A DNA stretch of 35,532 nt from an uncultured Candidatus Saccharibacteria bacterium (GTDB lineage Bacteria > Patescibacteriota > Minisyncoccia > JAHISW01 > Tagabacteraceae), in NCBI GenBank assembly GCA_964636095.1, contig CAZWRF010000003.1, positions 1 to 35,532 of the forward strand, given 5' to 3'. The stretch's first letter is position 1; every line of letters starts with the position of its first letter. This document shows, piece after piece, positions 1-12,210 of the stretch. The notes beneath the pieces are model-generated. The model was not told the origin of the DNA. It saw only the letters and a list, made by a program, of their open reading frames with translations, and ran no database searches. The translations under genes and the position numbers were made by a program.

Positions 1-623
1 TTTTTTGTTCTTGTTTCGCATGTTTTTAAGAATGAATTTCTGTGGCAAATAGACCGCCCGTATTTTTTTATCATAGCATAATGTAGTTTCGTACCGTAGC
101 CCTTGTGGATATTCAGGCCGTATTTGGGGTATTTTTCGTGAATTTTTCTCATTTTTCTGTCGCGCCTTACTTTGGCCATTATGGAGGCCGCAGATATCAA
201 AGGGACTTTTTCGTCGCCCTTTATAACTGTTCCCTGATTGTATTTCGCGGGCGCTTTTAAAAGGCCGTCCAGCAAAATTATGTCGGGGATTGCTTGCACT
301 GAACTTGTCGAAGTGCTACGCAGCATGTTACGTAGCAAGTTACGTAGCGCCCTGTTTAGCGCCATTTGTGTCGCCTGCTTTATTCCTATTTTGTCTATAA
401 CTTCTGGTCCAACCATGGCCACCCTGTAATCAAAATTATTTTCCAAAACCGCAAACCACTTTTCTCTCTTCTTTTCACTAAGCTTTTTAGAATCTTTTAT
501 GTTTTTTAAAAGCTTCAGCTGCGAATCTTCCGTAGCGGAAATGGCAGCTACGGCAACCGGTCCGGCAAGCGGTCCGCGCCCCGCCTCGTCTATGGCAATG
601 ATTGTATATTTTTTCTTGCCCAC
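1..623 (-). CDS. rnhB: Ribonuclease HII, C-terminus runs off the left edge of the window
   Basis: Absent from the ORF track because it has no stop inside the window. My minus-strand translation starts at GTG (complement of 621-623), with an in-frame TAA 9 codons upstream and AAGGAAAG about 15 nt upstream. It gives KKYTIIAIDEAGRGPLAGPVAVAA..DSKKLSEKKRE..ILLDG..KGDEKVPLISAASIMAKVRRDRKM..YGLNIHKGYGTKLH, which matches RNase HII catalytic-core signatures. Confidence 0.85.
   Translation of the reverse strand, partial: MGKKKYTIIAIDEAGRGPLAGPVAVAAISATEDSQLKLLKNIKDSKKLSEKKREKWFAVLENNFDYRVAMVGPEVIDKIGIKQATQMALNRALRNLLRNMLRSTSTSSVQAIPDIILLDGLLKAPAKYNQGTVIKGDEKVPLISAASIMAKVRRDRKMRKIHEKYPKYGLNIHKGYGTKLHYAMIKKYGRSICHRNSFLKTCETRTK
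313..348 (-). repeat. In-frame tandem 12-nt repeat x3 inside rnhB (gtgctacgcagc / atgttacgtagc / aagttacgtagc)
   Basis: Read directly from the sequence. On the coding strand it encodes LRNL-LRNM-LRS within ALNRALRNLLRNMLRSTS. Confidence 0.8.
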
Positions 624-654
624 ATTATCTATATTACCACTTTCCTTTTTTATC

Positions 655-708
655 TCAAAAATAAAAAACCTCATCTATTCGCGGCGATAGCCATAAATAA
701 ATGAGGTC
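655..708 (-). terminator. Terminator-like hairpin just upstream of the rnhB start
   Basis: 7-bp stem (plus strand ACCTCAT 668-674 / ATGAGGT 701-707) with a long 26-nt loop. On the minus strand it is followed by TTTTTTATTTTT. The long loop makes it weak. Confidence 0.3.
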
Positions 709-724
709 TTGCAACAGAAAAATA

Positions 725-761
725 AAAAGGCGGAGGAAATTTTTTTTCCAACCGCCTTTTT
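725..761. terminator. Bidirectional-looking hairpin terminator downstream of the 783..1136 gene
   Basis: AAAAAGGCGG..(A/T-rich loop with inner GGAAA/TTTCC pairing)..CCGCCTTTTT, with A-run and T-run flanks. It lies 22 nt after the minus-strand stop at 783. Confidence 0.45.
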
Positions 762-782
762 CAGCACACTTTTGGAGGGTAT

Positions 783-1136
783 TTAAGGCACGACCATATC
801 GCAATACCGGGCCAGTACCCTTATTTTTTCCTTGTTGTCTTCCGAGCAATACTCAAAAAATCCCCGGGAAGAAACAATGTACACCAATTCCTGGACAAGC
901 CTGTCATAAGGATTCGGTATGGGAAAAACAGACTTGAATACTCCCTCTGCGATTGAGTTTATTGTAACCTCGCGATAATCTTCCCAATCCTCATTATCTG
1001 AAGGAAAATGCGCAACTTTTATAAGGTCATTAACCAGCCTTATTTTGGCCTCCCAAAACACATCCCCCCGAGAAAGCGCGCCTCTTATCGTACGGCTTAT
1101 AACAGACATCAAAATGAATTTCTCTTTTTCGTCCAT
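783..1136 (-). CDS. Hypothetical protein, 117 aa, no recognised domain
   Basis: ATG at 1136 is preceded by a strong SD (AAGGAGG, about 6 nt spacer). A terminator hairpin follows the stop. I recognise no motif. Confidence 0.6.
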   Translation of the reverse strand: MDEKEKFILMSVISRTIRGALSRGDVFWEAKIRLVNDLIKVAHFPSDNEDWEDYREVTINSIAEGVFKSVFPIPNPYDRLVQELVYIVSSRGFFEYCSEDNKEKIRVLARYCDMVVP

Positions 1137-1304
1137 ACCGACCTCCTTTTTTGAGCATTGATATTATGATGTCAACCTGCCGAACTTTTCAGAAACTAAC
1201 ACAAAAATATTAAAAAGTCAAGCAGTTGTTTTATCTTTAGACAACTCATTCATGCATGGGTCAATGCATGTGGATAGCGAAAATTTTGTACAATAAATAC
1301 ATTC

Positions 1305-4300
1305 ATGTCTTTTATACATCTTCACACTCATTCTCACTACTCTCTTCTGGACGGCCTGGCAAAGGTCGGCCAGCTTGTTGATGAAGCAAAAAAATACGAA
1401 ATGCCGGCACTTGCTCTTACCGACCACGGCAACATGTACGGCGCCATAAAGTTTTATAAAAAAGCAAAAGCAGCGGGGATAAAACCGATACTTGGAGTAG
1501 AAGCTTACATATCCCCGAGAAGCTTGCACCAAAAAGAACCAAGAATAGATTCCAAGGCATCCCATTTGGTGCTTTTGGCTAAAAACGAAACAGGATACAA
1601 AAACCTCTTAAAACTTGTAAGTATTTCGCACCTTGAAGGCTTTTATTACAAGCCCAGGATGGACAAGGCGGTTCTTTCAAAATATTCCGAAGGTCTTATC
1701 GCCACAAGCGCCTGTATGGCCGGCGAGCTCCCCCGTCTTCTTTTGGCGGAAAAACAAGAGAAGGCGAAAAAAATTGTCGGCGAATACAGGGACATCTTCG
1801 GAAAAGATTCTTTTTTTATTGAAATAGGACATCACCCGAACGTGCCCAACTATGACCTAGCGATGAGCCGCCTCAAGAATCTGGCAAAAGAAACCGGCAC
1901 GCCTTTGATTGCTACCCAGGACATTCATTATTTGAAAAAAGAAGACGCCATGGCTCAGGACGCGCTGGTCGCCATACAAACAAACACTATGGTAAACGAA
2001 ACAAACCGGCTGAGCATGAGAGATGAAGATTATTCTTTCCGCCCACCCGAGGAAATGATTTCTTATTTTAAAGACACTCCCGAGGCAGCAAAAAACACTT
2101 TGAAAATAGCGGACAAATGCAACACCGAGCTAAAACTAGGAGAATGGGTTTTTCCCCGGTTTGAAATACCCAAAGGAAAAACGGCCGAAGAGTTCCTGAA
2201 AGAGCTGACGCTTCTGGGGCTTAAGGAAAAATCTATCGGTAAAACCCGCCAAAAAGAAGAAAATAAAAGGATAGAATATGAGCTTGGAATTATAAACAAA
2301 AAAGGATACGCGCCCTACTTTCTTATCGTTGCAGACTTTGTAAACTACGCGAAGAAAAAAGAAATAGTAACAAATACCAGGGGCTCGGCCGCCGGCTCTT
2401 TTGTTTCATATCTTTTAGGAATAAGCGACGTGGACCCTCTTGCATACGGCTTGCCCTTTGAAAGATTCCTAAACCCATACAGGCCTTCCCCGCCGGACAT
2501 AGACATGGACTTTGCAGACGACCGCCGGGATGAAGTCATTGAATATGCCAAACAAAGGTACGGACACGACAAGGTGGCACAAATAGGCACGTTTGGAACA
2601 ATGATGGCCCGAGCGGCGGTACGCGACATTACGCGCGTTTTGGACTACAGCTACAACACCGGCGACAGGCTGGCAAAAATGATACCTTTCGGCTCCCAAG
2701 GGTTTCCAATGACCATAGACAAGGCAATGAAAATAAATCCCGAGCTTAAAGAAGCATATGAAAAAGAAAAAGAAACAAAAGAAATTCTTAATTTGGCAAA
2801 AAAAATAGAAGGATCGGCCAGGCATGTTTCAGTTCACGCGGCTGGAGTAGTAATAAGCCCGGACGAACTTACCAATTATTTGCCGCTGCAGCACGAACCT
2901 AACGGAGAAAAAGTAATAACACAGTACGACATGCACGCCGCTGAGGACATGGGCCTTTTGAAAATGGACTTTTTGGGTATAAAAAACCTTTCTATTTTGG
3001 GGCGAGCAGTAGCTTTGGTGAAAAAACTGCGAAATGAAAAAATAGATCTTTCAAAAATTCCCCTAGATGACAAGAAAAGTTTTAATATTGTGGCTCAAGG
3101 AGAAACGATAGGGCTCTTCCAGCTCAACGGTGCCGGAATGACCAGGTATCTAAAGGAACTAAAACCAACCTGCATTACCGACATTATGGCCATGATCGCT
3201 CTTTTTAGGCCCGGACCCATGGCCAATATTCCCACTTACATAAGAAGAAAGCATGGCAAGGAACCGGTTGCTTATATTGACCCCCGGCTTGAAAAAATTT
3301 TGGGAGGCACATACGGTGTAGTAACCTATCAGGAAGACGTGCTCCTTATAGCCATAGAAATAGCCGGATACGACTGGGGCAGCGTGGACAAATTCAGAAA
3401 GGCTATCGGTAAAAAAATTCCGAAAGAAATGGCGGCTCAGGAAAAAATATTTATAGAAGGATGCCAAAAACACGGCGGAATAAGCAGGCAAAAAGCAGAA
3501 AAACTATGGGCGCTTTTTGATCCTTTCAAGGGATATGGCTTCAATAAAGCACACGCCGCAAGCTACGGCATGGTTTCCTACCAAACGGCTTATCTTAAGG
3601 CAAACTACCCGGGTGAGTTTATGACAGCGGTACTTTCTGCCGAAGCCGGGGATATGGATAAAATGGCCGAGGCCATAAACGAATGTAAAAGAATGAACAT
3701 ACTTGTATTAATCCCGGACATAAACGAAAGTTTCTCCGGCTTTACACTGGTCAATCCCGAAAAAACGGGTGGGAAAAGAGCCATACGCTTTGGCCTTGAA
3801 GCGGTAAAAAATGTGGGTACGAACATAGTAAAAAACATAGTAAGCGAAAGAAAGCAAAACGGTTCTTACCTGTCGCTTGAAGATTTTTTGGAGAGAATAA
3901 AATCACGCGATCTGAATAAAAAATCCCTGGAGTCTCTTGTAAAAGCCGGCGCTTTTGACAAATTTGGAGAGAGGAATACCCTGCTTTTAAATCTTGAAAA
4001 AATACTTGAATACCACAAAGAAACAAAAAACGGAAGCTCTGCCAATCAGTCTTCCCTCTTTTCCATGGCCCCGGAAGAAATAAAACTTCCCGGACTAAAA
4101 CTCGAGGACGCGGAGCCTATGAATTTTGAAGAAAAGCTCCGGCTTGAAAAAGAGCTCTTGGGCCTCTATATTTCGGGGCATCCTTTAGACAAGTACAGAA
4201 AAAAAATGGAAAAGTCTAAACTCAATATACCTGCCGTAAAAAGATTCACCGGTCAAACCCCTGTGGTATTTGTGGCGATGATAGAGCAAGTGAAAAAGAT

Positions 4301-4502
4301 ACTTACAAAAAAAGGAGAACCGATGGCTTTTCTCAAGCTTCTTGACCTTGATGACAGCATAGAGGCAGTAGTTTTCCCACGAACGCTTCAAAAACACGGG
4401 GATCTTCTTTTGGAAGATAAGTGTGTTATAATAAAAGGGAAAACAAGCGACCGGAACAACGAACCGAGCATTATTTGCGAAGATGTAAGAGAAATTAAAT
4501 AA
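1305..4502 (+). CDS. dnaE: DNA polymerase III alpha subunit
   Basis: 1065 aa. N-terminal PHP motif FIHLHTHSHYSLLDG. Polymerase core motifs include PDIDMDF, GLLKMDFLG and FNKAHAASY. A C-terminal OB-fold region is present. Confidence 0.97.
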   Translation: MSFIHLHTHSHYSLLDGLAKVGQLVDEAKKYEMPALALTDHGNMYGAIKFYKKAKAAGIKPILGVEAYISPRSLHQKEPRIDSKASHLVLLAKNETGYKNLLKLVSISHLEGFYYKPRMDKAVLSKYSEGLIATSACMAGELPRLLLAEKQEKAKKIVGEYRDIFGKDSFFIEIGHHPNVPNYDLAMSRLKNLAKETGTPLIATQDIHYLKKEDAMAQDALVAIQTNTMVNETNRLSMRDEDYSFRPPEEMISYFKDTPEAAKNTLKIADKCNTELKLGEWVFPRFEIPKGKTAEEFLKELTLLGLKEKSIGKTRQKEENKRIEYELGIINKKGYAPYFLIVADFVNYAKKKEIVTNTRGSAAGSFVSYLLGISDVDPLAYGLPFERFLNPYRPSPPDIDMDFADDRRDEVIEYAKQRYGHDKVAQIGTFGTMMARAAVRDITRVLDYSYNTGDRLAKMIPFGSQGFPMTIDKAMKINPELKEAYEKEKETKEILNLAKKIEGSARHVSVHAAGVVISPDELTNYLPLQHEPNGEKVITQYDMHAAEDMGLLKMDFLGIKNLSILGRAVALVKKLRNEKIDLSKIPLDDKKSFNIVAQGETIGLFQLNGAGMTRYLKELKPTCITDIMAMIALFRPGPMANIPTYIRRKHGKEPVAYIDPRLEKILGGTYGVVTYQEDVLLIAIEIAGYDWGSVDKFRKAIGKKIPKEMAAQEKIFIEGCQKHGGISRQKAEKLWALFDPFKGYGFNKAHAASYGMVSYQTAYLKANYPGEFMTAVLSAEAGDMDKMAEAINECKRMNILVLIPDINESFSGFTLVNPEKTGGKRAIRFGLEAVKNVGTNIVKNIVSERKQNGSYLSLEDFLERIKSRDLNKKSLESLVKAGAFDKFGERNTLLLNLEKILEYHKETKNGSSANQSSLFSMAPEEIKLPGLKLEDAEPMNFEEKLRLEKELLGLYISGHPLDKYRKKMEKSKLNIPAVKRFTGQTPVVFVAMIEQVKKILTKKGEPMAFLKLLDLDDSIEAVVFPRTLQKHGDLLLEDKCVIIKGKTSDRNNEPSIICEDVREIK

Positions 4503-4504
4503 AA

Positions 4505-5710
4505 ATGGCAAAAGACCATATAAAGTTGGGAAAAGAACTGGACCTTTTTGTACAAAGCGACGTTGTCGGCCGCGGTCTTCCTTTGCTTGCACCAAAAGGC
4601 GCTACTCTTAAAAGGGTTTTGAGGCGCTTTATTGAAGATGAAGAAATAAAAAGAGGATACGAGTACACAAGCACCCCTGTTTTGGCAAAAAGCGACCTTT
4701 ACAGAATATCCGGCCACCTGGACCACTACAAAGACAGTATGTTTATTTTCAATGTGGGAGATGAGGAAATGGTTTTGCGGCCCATGACATGTCCGCATCA
4801 GTTTATGATATACAAGTCAAAGCCGAGAAGCTACAGAGACCTTCCCATAAAATACGCGGAAGTAGCCGATCTTTTCAGAAACGAGCAAACCGGTGAAATG
4901 CACGGGCTCATACGAGTGAGGCAGTTTTCTCTGGCTGATGCCCACATAATCTGCACCCCCGAACAAATGGAAAAAGAATTTGAAGGAGTTATAGACCTTA
5001 TACAGTATGTAATGAAATCTTTGGGGCTAAAAGACTACTGGTATCGTTTTTCAAAATGGGACCCCAAAGACAAAGAAAAATACATAAACAACCCGAAGGC
5101 GTGGGAAGAATCTCAAAAGATGATGAAAAAAATTATCGACAAAATGGGGCTTAAATATGTTGAAGCGGAAGGTGAAGCAGCTTTTTACGGACCCAAGCTG
5201 GACATACAAATGAAAAACATCCACGGTAAAGAAGACACCATTTTTACAGTGCAGATAGACTTTGCCCTGCCGGAGAGATTTGACATGGCATACGAAGGAA
5301 AAGACGGTAAAAAACATCGGCCGATGGTCATTCATCGCTCCTCAATCGGCTCTCTTGAGCGAACAATGGCCATGCTTATTGAAAAATACGAAGGCAAGTT
5401 CCCGGTGTGGCTTTCCCCCGTTCAGGCGCAAATAATTCCCGTGAGCGAAAAATTCAACGAATACGGGGCAAAGATATTAAAAGAGCTTAGAGATGAAAAT
5501 ATTCGAGCCGAGCTTGATACAAGCAACGAAACACTTGGGAAAAGAATTCGCGAAGCGGAAACACAGAAGATTCCGTATATATTGGTTGTGGGAGAAAAGG
5601 AAGAAAAAGACGGCGTTGTTGCTGTTCGTTCCCGGAAAGGAGACGAGGGCGCGTCAAAGATTTCCGAATTCATGAAAAAAATAAAAAAAGAAGTGAATGA
5701 AAATAAATAA
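4505..5710 (+). CDS. thrS: Threonyl-tRNA synthetase, catalytic plus anticodon-binding domains only
   Basis: 401 aa. DHIKLGKELDLF aligns with E. coli ThrRS from about residue 240. Class II motifs present: FRNEQTGEMHGLIRVRQFSLADAH and HRSSIGSLERTMAMLIE. C-terminal anticodon-binding domain present (PVQAQIIPVSEK...YILVVGEKE). An in-frame TAA at 4496-4498 blocks any N-terminal extension. Confidence 0.9.
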   Translation: MAKDHIKLGKELDLFVQSDVVGRGLPLLAPKGATLKRVLRRFIEDEEIKRGYEYTSTPVLAKSDLYRISGHLDHYKDSMFIFNVGDEEMVLRPMTCPHQFMIYKSKPRSYRDLPIKYAEVADLFRNEQTGEMHGLIRVRQFSLADAHIICTPEQMEKEFEGVIDLIQYVMKSLGLKDYWYRFSKWDPKDKEKYINNPKAWEESQKMMKKIIDKMGLKYVEAEGEAAFYGPKLDIQMKNIHGKEDTIFTVQIDFALPERFDMAYEGKDGKKHRPMVIHRSSIGSLERTMAMLIEKYEGKFPVWLSPVQAQIIPVSEKFNEYGAKILKELRDENIRAELDTSNETLGKRIREAETQKIPYILVVGEKEEKDGVVAVRSRKGDEGASKISEFMKKIKKEVNENK

Positions 5711-6314
5711 AGTTATAAAAGTTTTAGTAAGCACCGACTCTATTCTTGAATTTGCGTACGGGCTGGTAACGCCCGTTTTTGCGATATTCATCGTTGAATC
5801 CATTCAGGGCGGCACGGCACAGGTGGCAGGAACGGCAGTGGCAATTTACTGGCTTGTAAAATCCGTGGTAAGGGTCCCCTTGGCCCTTTTTTTGGACAAA
5901 TGGGAAGGAGAAACCGATGACTTTTATTCAATGATTTCGGGATTTTTCCTCTATAGCGTTTGCCTTTTTCTTTTTAATTTCGCTTCAACACCAATGCATG
6001 TTTATGAGATTCAATTTCTTACCGGTATTGCCGGTGCCCTGGCTTTTACACCCTGGTACGGATTTTTTACTCGGCATATAGATAAAAAACGGGAAGACTT
6101 TGAATGGAGCGTTTCCGTTTCCGTTGCGGGGTTCGGAATCGCTTTGGCCGGATTTTTGGCAGGAGTAATCGCCGAGCATCTGGGATTTAATTACATTTTT
6201 ACAATTGGAGGCACGCTATCTCTTCTGGCAACCATTCTTCTTTTCTTCATAGGCAAAAATTTAAAAAAAAGAACAAGCGACGGATACAATGTTGAGTTCA
6301 AGGAAAGTGTTTAA
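5697..6314 (+). CDS. Six-TM membrane protein resembling the N-terminal half of an MFS transporter
   Basis: 205 aa with about 6 hydrophobic helices. The loop after TM2, LALFLDKWEGE, resembles MFS motif A. The ATG overlaps the thrS end by 14 nt. Confidence 0.55.
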   Translation: MKINKVIKVLVSTDSILEFAYGLVTPVFAIFIVESIQGGTAQVAGTAVAIYWLVKSVVRVPLALFLDKWEGETDDFYSMISGFFLYSVCLFLFNFASTPMHVYEIQFLTGIAGALAFTPWYGFFTRHIDKKREDFEWSVSVSVAGFGIALAGFLAGVIAEHLGFNYIFTIGGTLSLLATILLFFIGKNLKKRTSDGYNVEFKESV

Positions 6315-7287
6315 CATAGCCATTGGCATTCCATCCCTAAATGAAGCGGAGAATATCGCAAGGGTTGTAAAAAACGTCGACAAGGGTCTTCAAAAATATT
6401 TCCCGGACAAAAAGACCGTTATCATAAATACCGACGGCGGCTCTACCGACGGCACTCGCGATATATTTCTAAGTACGCCGACAAAAACCGAAAAAATTTG
6501 CGTTTCCATCCCGCCAAAAAACAGCGGAAAAGGCAGGGGTGTTTTCAATTTTCTTAAAAAAATGTACAAGCTAGGCGCCAAGGCCGGAATGATAACGGAC
6601 GCCGATATAAAAAGCGGCACGCCCGAGTGGGTAAAGCTTCTCGCCGGAGGAGCTCTTAAAAACTGCGGTCTTGTAGTTCCGGTTTACAAAAGAAAGAAAG
6701 AAGACGGCACCATCACAAACCACGTTTGCTATCCTTTTGTTTACGGAGTTTTGGGAAAAAACATACGCCAACCGATAGGCGGAGACTTCGGCTTCTCGTC
6801 CAAGTTTGCAAAATATCTTTTAAATCAAAAATGGCCCAAAAGCGCTTATGGTTTCGGAGTGGATATTTTTATGACAACATGCGCCATTGAGGGCGGATTT
6901 AAAATATGCCAAGCGAATCTGGGAAAAAAAACACACAAGCCCAGCGCGCCAAAACTCAACAAAATGTCTCTTGAGGTAATTGAGACTCTTTTTAACCAGC
7001 TGTCGGCAGTCAAAAAAATATGGCTAAAAGAAAAATCGACGACGAATGATTCAATAAATGAATGGACAAAAAAGGCATACGATATTTTTTATGAATACGA
7101 CACCGGGAAAAACAAAAAAGAAGCAGTTAAAAAAATGGCAAAAGAGTATTTTTCCCACAGCAAAAAATTTGCCAAAGAAACCAAAGATTTAAGCGAAAAA
7201 GAATTTGAGAAAAAAATAATTGACCAGGCCAAAAACTTCCGCAAACACCGCGGCTATTTACTGAGCAAATACAAAATCAGCTCTTGA
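6289..7287 (+). CDS. GT-A fold glycosyltransferase, GT2/GT81 (glucosyl-3-phosphoglycerate synthase-like)
   Basis: 332 aa. Motifs: IGIPSLNEAENI, INTDGGSTDGT and a DxD-like ITDADIK. The central part (VYKRKKEDGTITN..QPIGGDFGFS..YGFGVDIF..ICQANLGKKTHKP) resembles the GpgS/MpgS family pattern as I recall it. Ends with a TGA stop. Confidence 0.6.
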   Translation: MLSSRKVFNIAIGIPSLNEAENIARVVKNVDKGLQKYFPDKKTVIINTDGGSTDGTRDIFLSTPTKTEKICVSIPPKNSGKGRGVFNFLKKMYKLGAKAGMITDADIKSGTPEWVKLLAGGALKNCGLVVPVYKRKKEDGTITNHVCYPFVYGVLGKNIRQPIGGDFGFSSKFAKYLLNQKWPKSAYGFGVDIFMTTCAIEGGFKICQANLGKKTHKPSAPKLNKMSLEVIETLFNQLSAVKKIWLKEKSTTNDSINEWTKKAYDIFYEYDTGKNKKEAVKKMAKEYFSHSKKFAKETKDLSEKEFEKKIIDQAKNFRKHRGYLLSKYKISS

Positions 7288-7319
7288 ATTTTTATCCGCC
7301 TCTGGCGGGAACTCCGGAA

Positions 7320-7418
7320 TTAGTTGAGGGCGTTGGATATTTTTAAAATATACCACACCAGTATGCCGAGAATAACTATGGTGACAAAGACAAGAAGCTT
7401 GAAAGAATAATTATTCAT
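7320..7418 (-). CDS. Possible 32-aa single-TM peptide (MNNYSFKLLVFVTIVILGILVWYILKISNALN)
   Basis: My own translation. The ATG lies 8 nt after the gyrB stop. There is no SD, and an AT-rich genome readily produces hydrophobic short ORFs by chance. Confidence 0.25.
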   Translation of the reverse strand: MNNYSFKLLVFVTIVILGILVWYILKISNALN

Positions 7419-7426
7419 ATTAATCT

Positions 7427-11394
<3,968 letters not shown>

Positions 11395-11401
11395 AGTGGT
11401 T

Positions 11402-12121
11402 CTAAAACTGGTTAAGGAACCGAAGGTCGGCTCCGTAAAAGTGTCTTACGTCGTCTATTTTGTATTTGATCATGGCCACCCGGTCTATGCCTATGCCGAA
11501 AGCAAATCCTTTCCACTTATTGGAATCGAGCCCTACGTTTTTTAAGACTCGTGGATGAACCATCCCGGCGCCGGCAATTTCCAGCCATTTATTTTTCCAT
11601 TTCATATCAACTTCAACCCCCGGCTCAACAAAAGGAAAAAAACTCGGACGAAATCTTACTTCTATGCCGTCGTCTTCAAAAAGCTCTTTCAAAAATTTTT
11701 CCAAAATCCCCTTAAGGTGAGAAAGATTAACTTCTTTTCCTACCATAAGTCCTTCAATCTGGTAAAATTGCGCGTCGTGAGTTGAATCTGTGGCCTCATA
11801 CCTGTAAACCCTCCCCGGAGCGACAACAGCAAAAGGAGGCTGATGATGCTCCATGTATCTTATCTGCACCGGGCTTGTGTGGGTACGAAGAAGGCCTCCT
11901 TTTTTGAGCCAGAAAGTGTCCCACATATCCCGCGCCGGATGATCTTTGGGGATATTTAAGGCATCAAAGTTGTAGTATTCGGTCTCAATTTCCGGCCCCA
12001 AAACCACGCTAAAACCCATGGATTTAAAGATATCCACCGCTCTTTTTGAAATCTGGCTTATCGGATGAATATGCCCAGTCGTTTTAGCCATTTGGGCCTT
12101 ATTTTTAGGGGTTTTTCCCAT
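11402..12121 (-). CDS. pheS: Phenylalanyl-tRNA synthetase alpha subunit, catalytic core only
   Basis: 239 aa. Motifs: HPISQ..., [68 protein letters not shown] and [12 protein letters not shown]. Confidence 0.93.
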   Translation of the reverse strand: MGKTPKNKAQMAKTTGHIHPISQISKRAVDIFKSMGFSVVLGPEIETEYYNFDALNIPKDHPARDMWDTFWLKKGGLLRTHTSPVQIRYMEHHQPPFAVVAPGRVYRYEATDSTHDAQFYQIEGLMVGKEVNLSHLKGILEKFLKELFEDDGIEVRFRPSFFPFVEPGVEVDMKWKNKWLEIAGAGMVHPRVLKNVGLDSNKWKGFAFGIGIDRVAMIKYKIDDVRHFYGADLRFLNQF

Positions 12122-12168
12122 ATTTTTCTATACCTCAATTTTAGCAAAAAATAGGCTAAAAAACAAGC

Positions 12169-12206
12169 AAAAAACCCGCTTCACACGCCGCGAAGGGGCT
12201 TTTTTT
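12169..12206. terminator. Hairpin terminator after the TldD-like gene, upstream of pheS
   Basis: AAAAAA-CCCGCTTC-(9 nt loop)-GAAGGGG-CTTTTTTT. The stem is 7 bp with one bulge, and A/T runs lie on both sides. Confidence 0.5.
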
Positions 12207-12210
12207 ATGA

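Noticed and set aside
1269-1277. One-mismatch DnaA-like boxes: TGTGGATAG upstream of dnaE (1269-1277), TTATCCAAA at 15738-15746, and TGTGGATAT at 103-111 inside rnhB.
   Set aside because: Under uniform composition, roughly seven one-mismatch 9-mers are expected by chance in a window of this size. These are therefore not evidence on their own, although the dnaE-proximal one is worth rechecking if a DnaA regulon is confirmed.
4185-4798. Two 136-aa minus-strand ORFs spanning the dnaE/thrS junction.
   Set aside because: They are antisense to conserved dnaE and thrS sequence and have a Phe/Leu-rich composition with no recognisable motifs. They are shadow ORFs.
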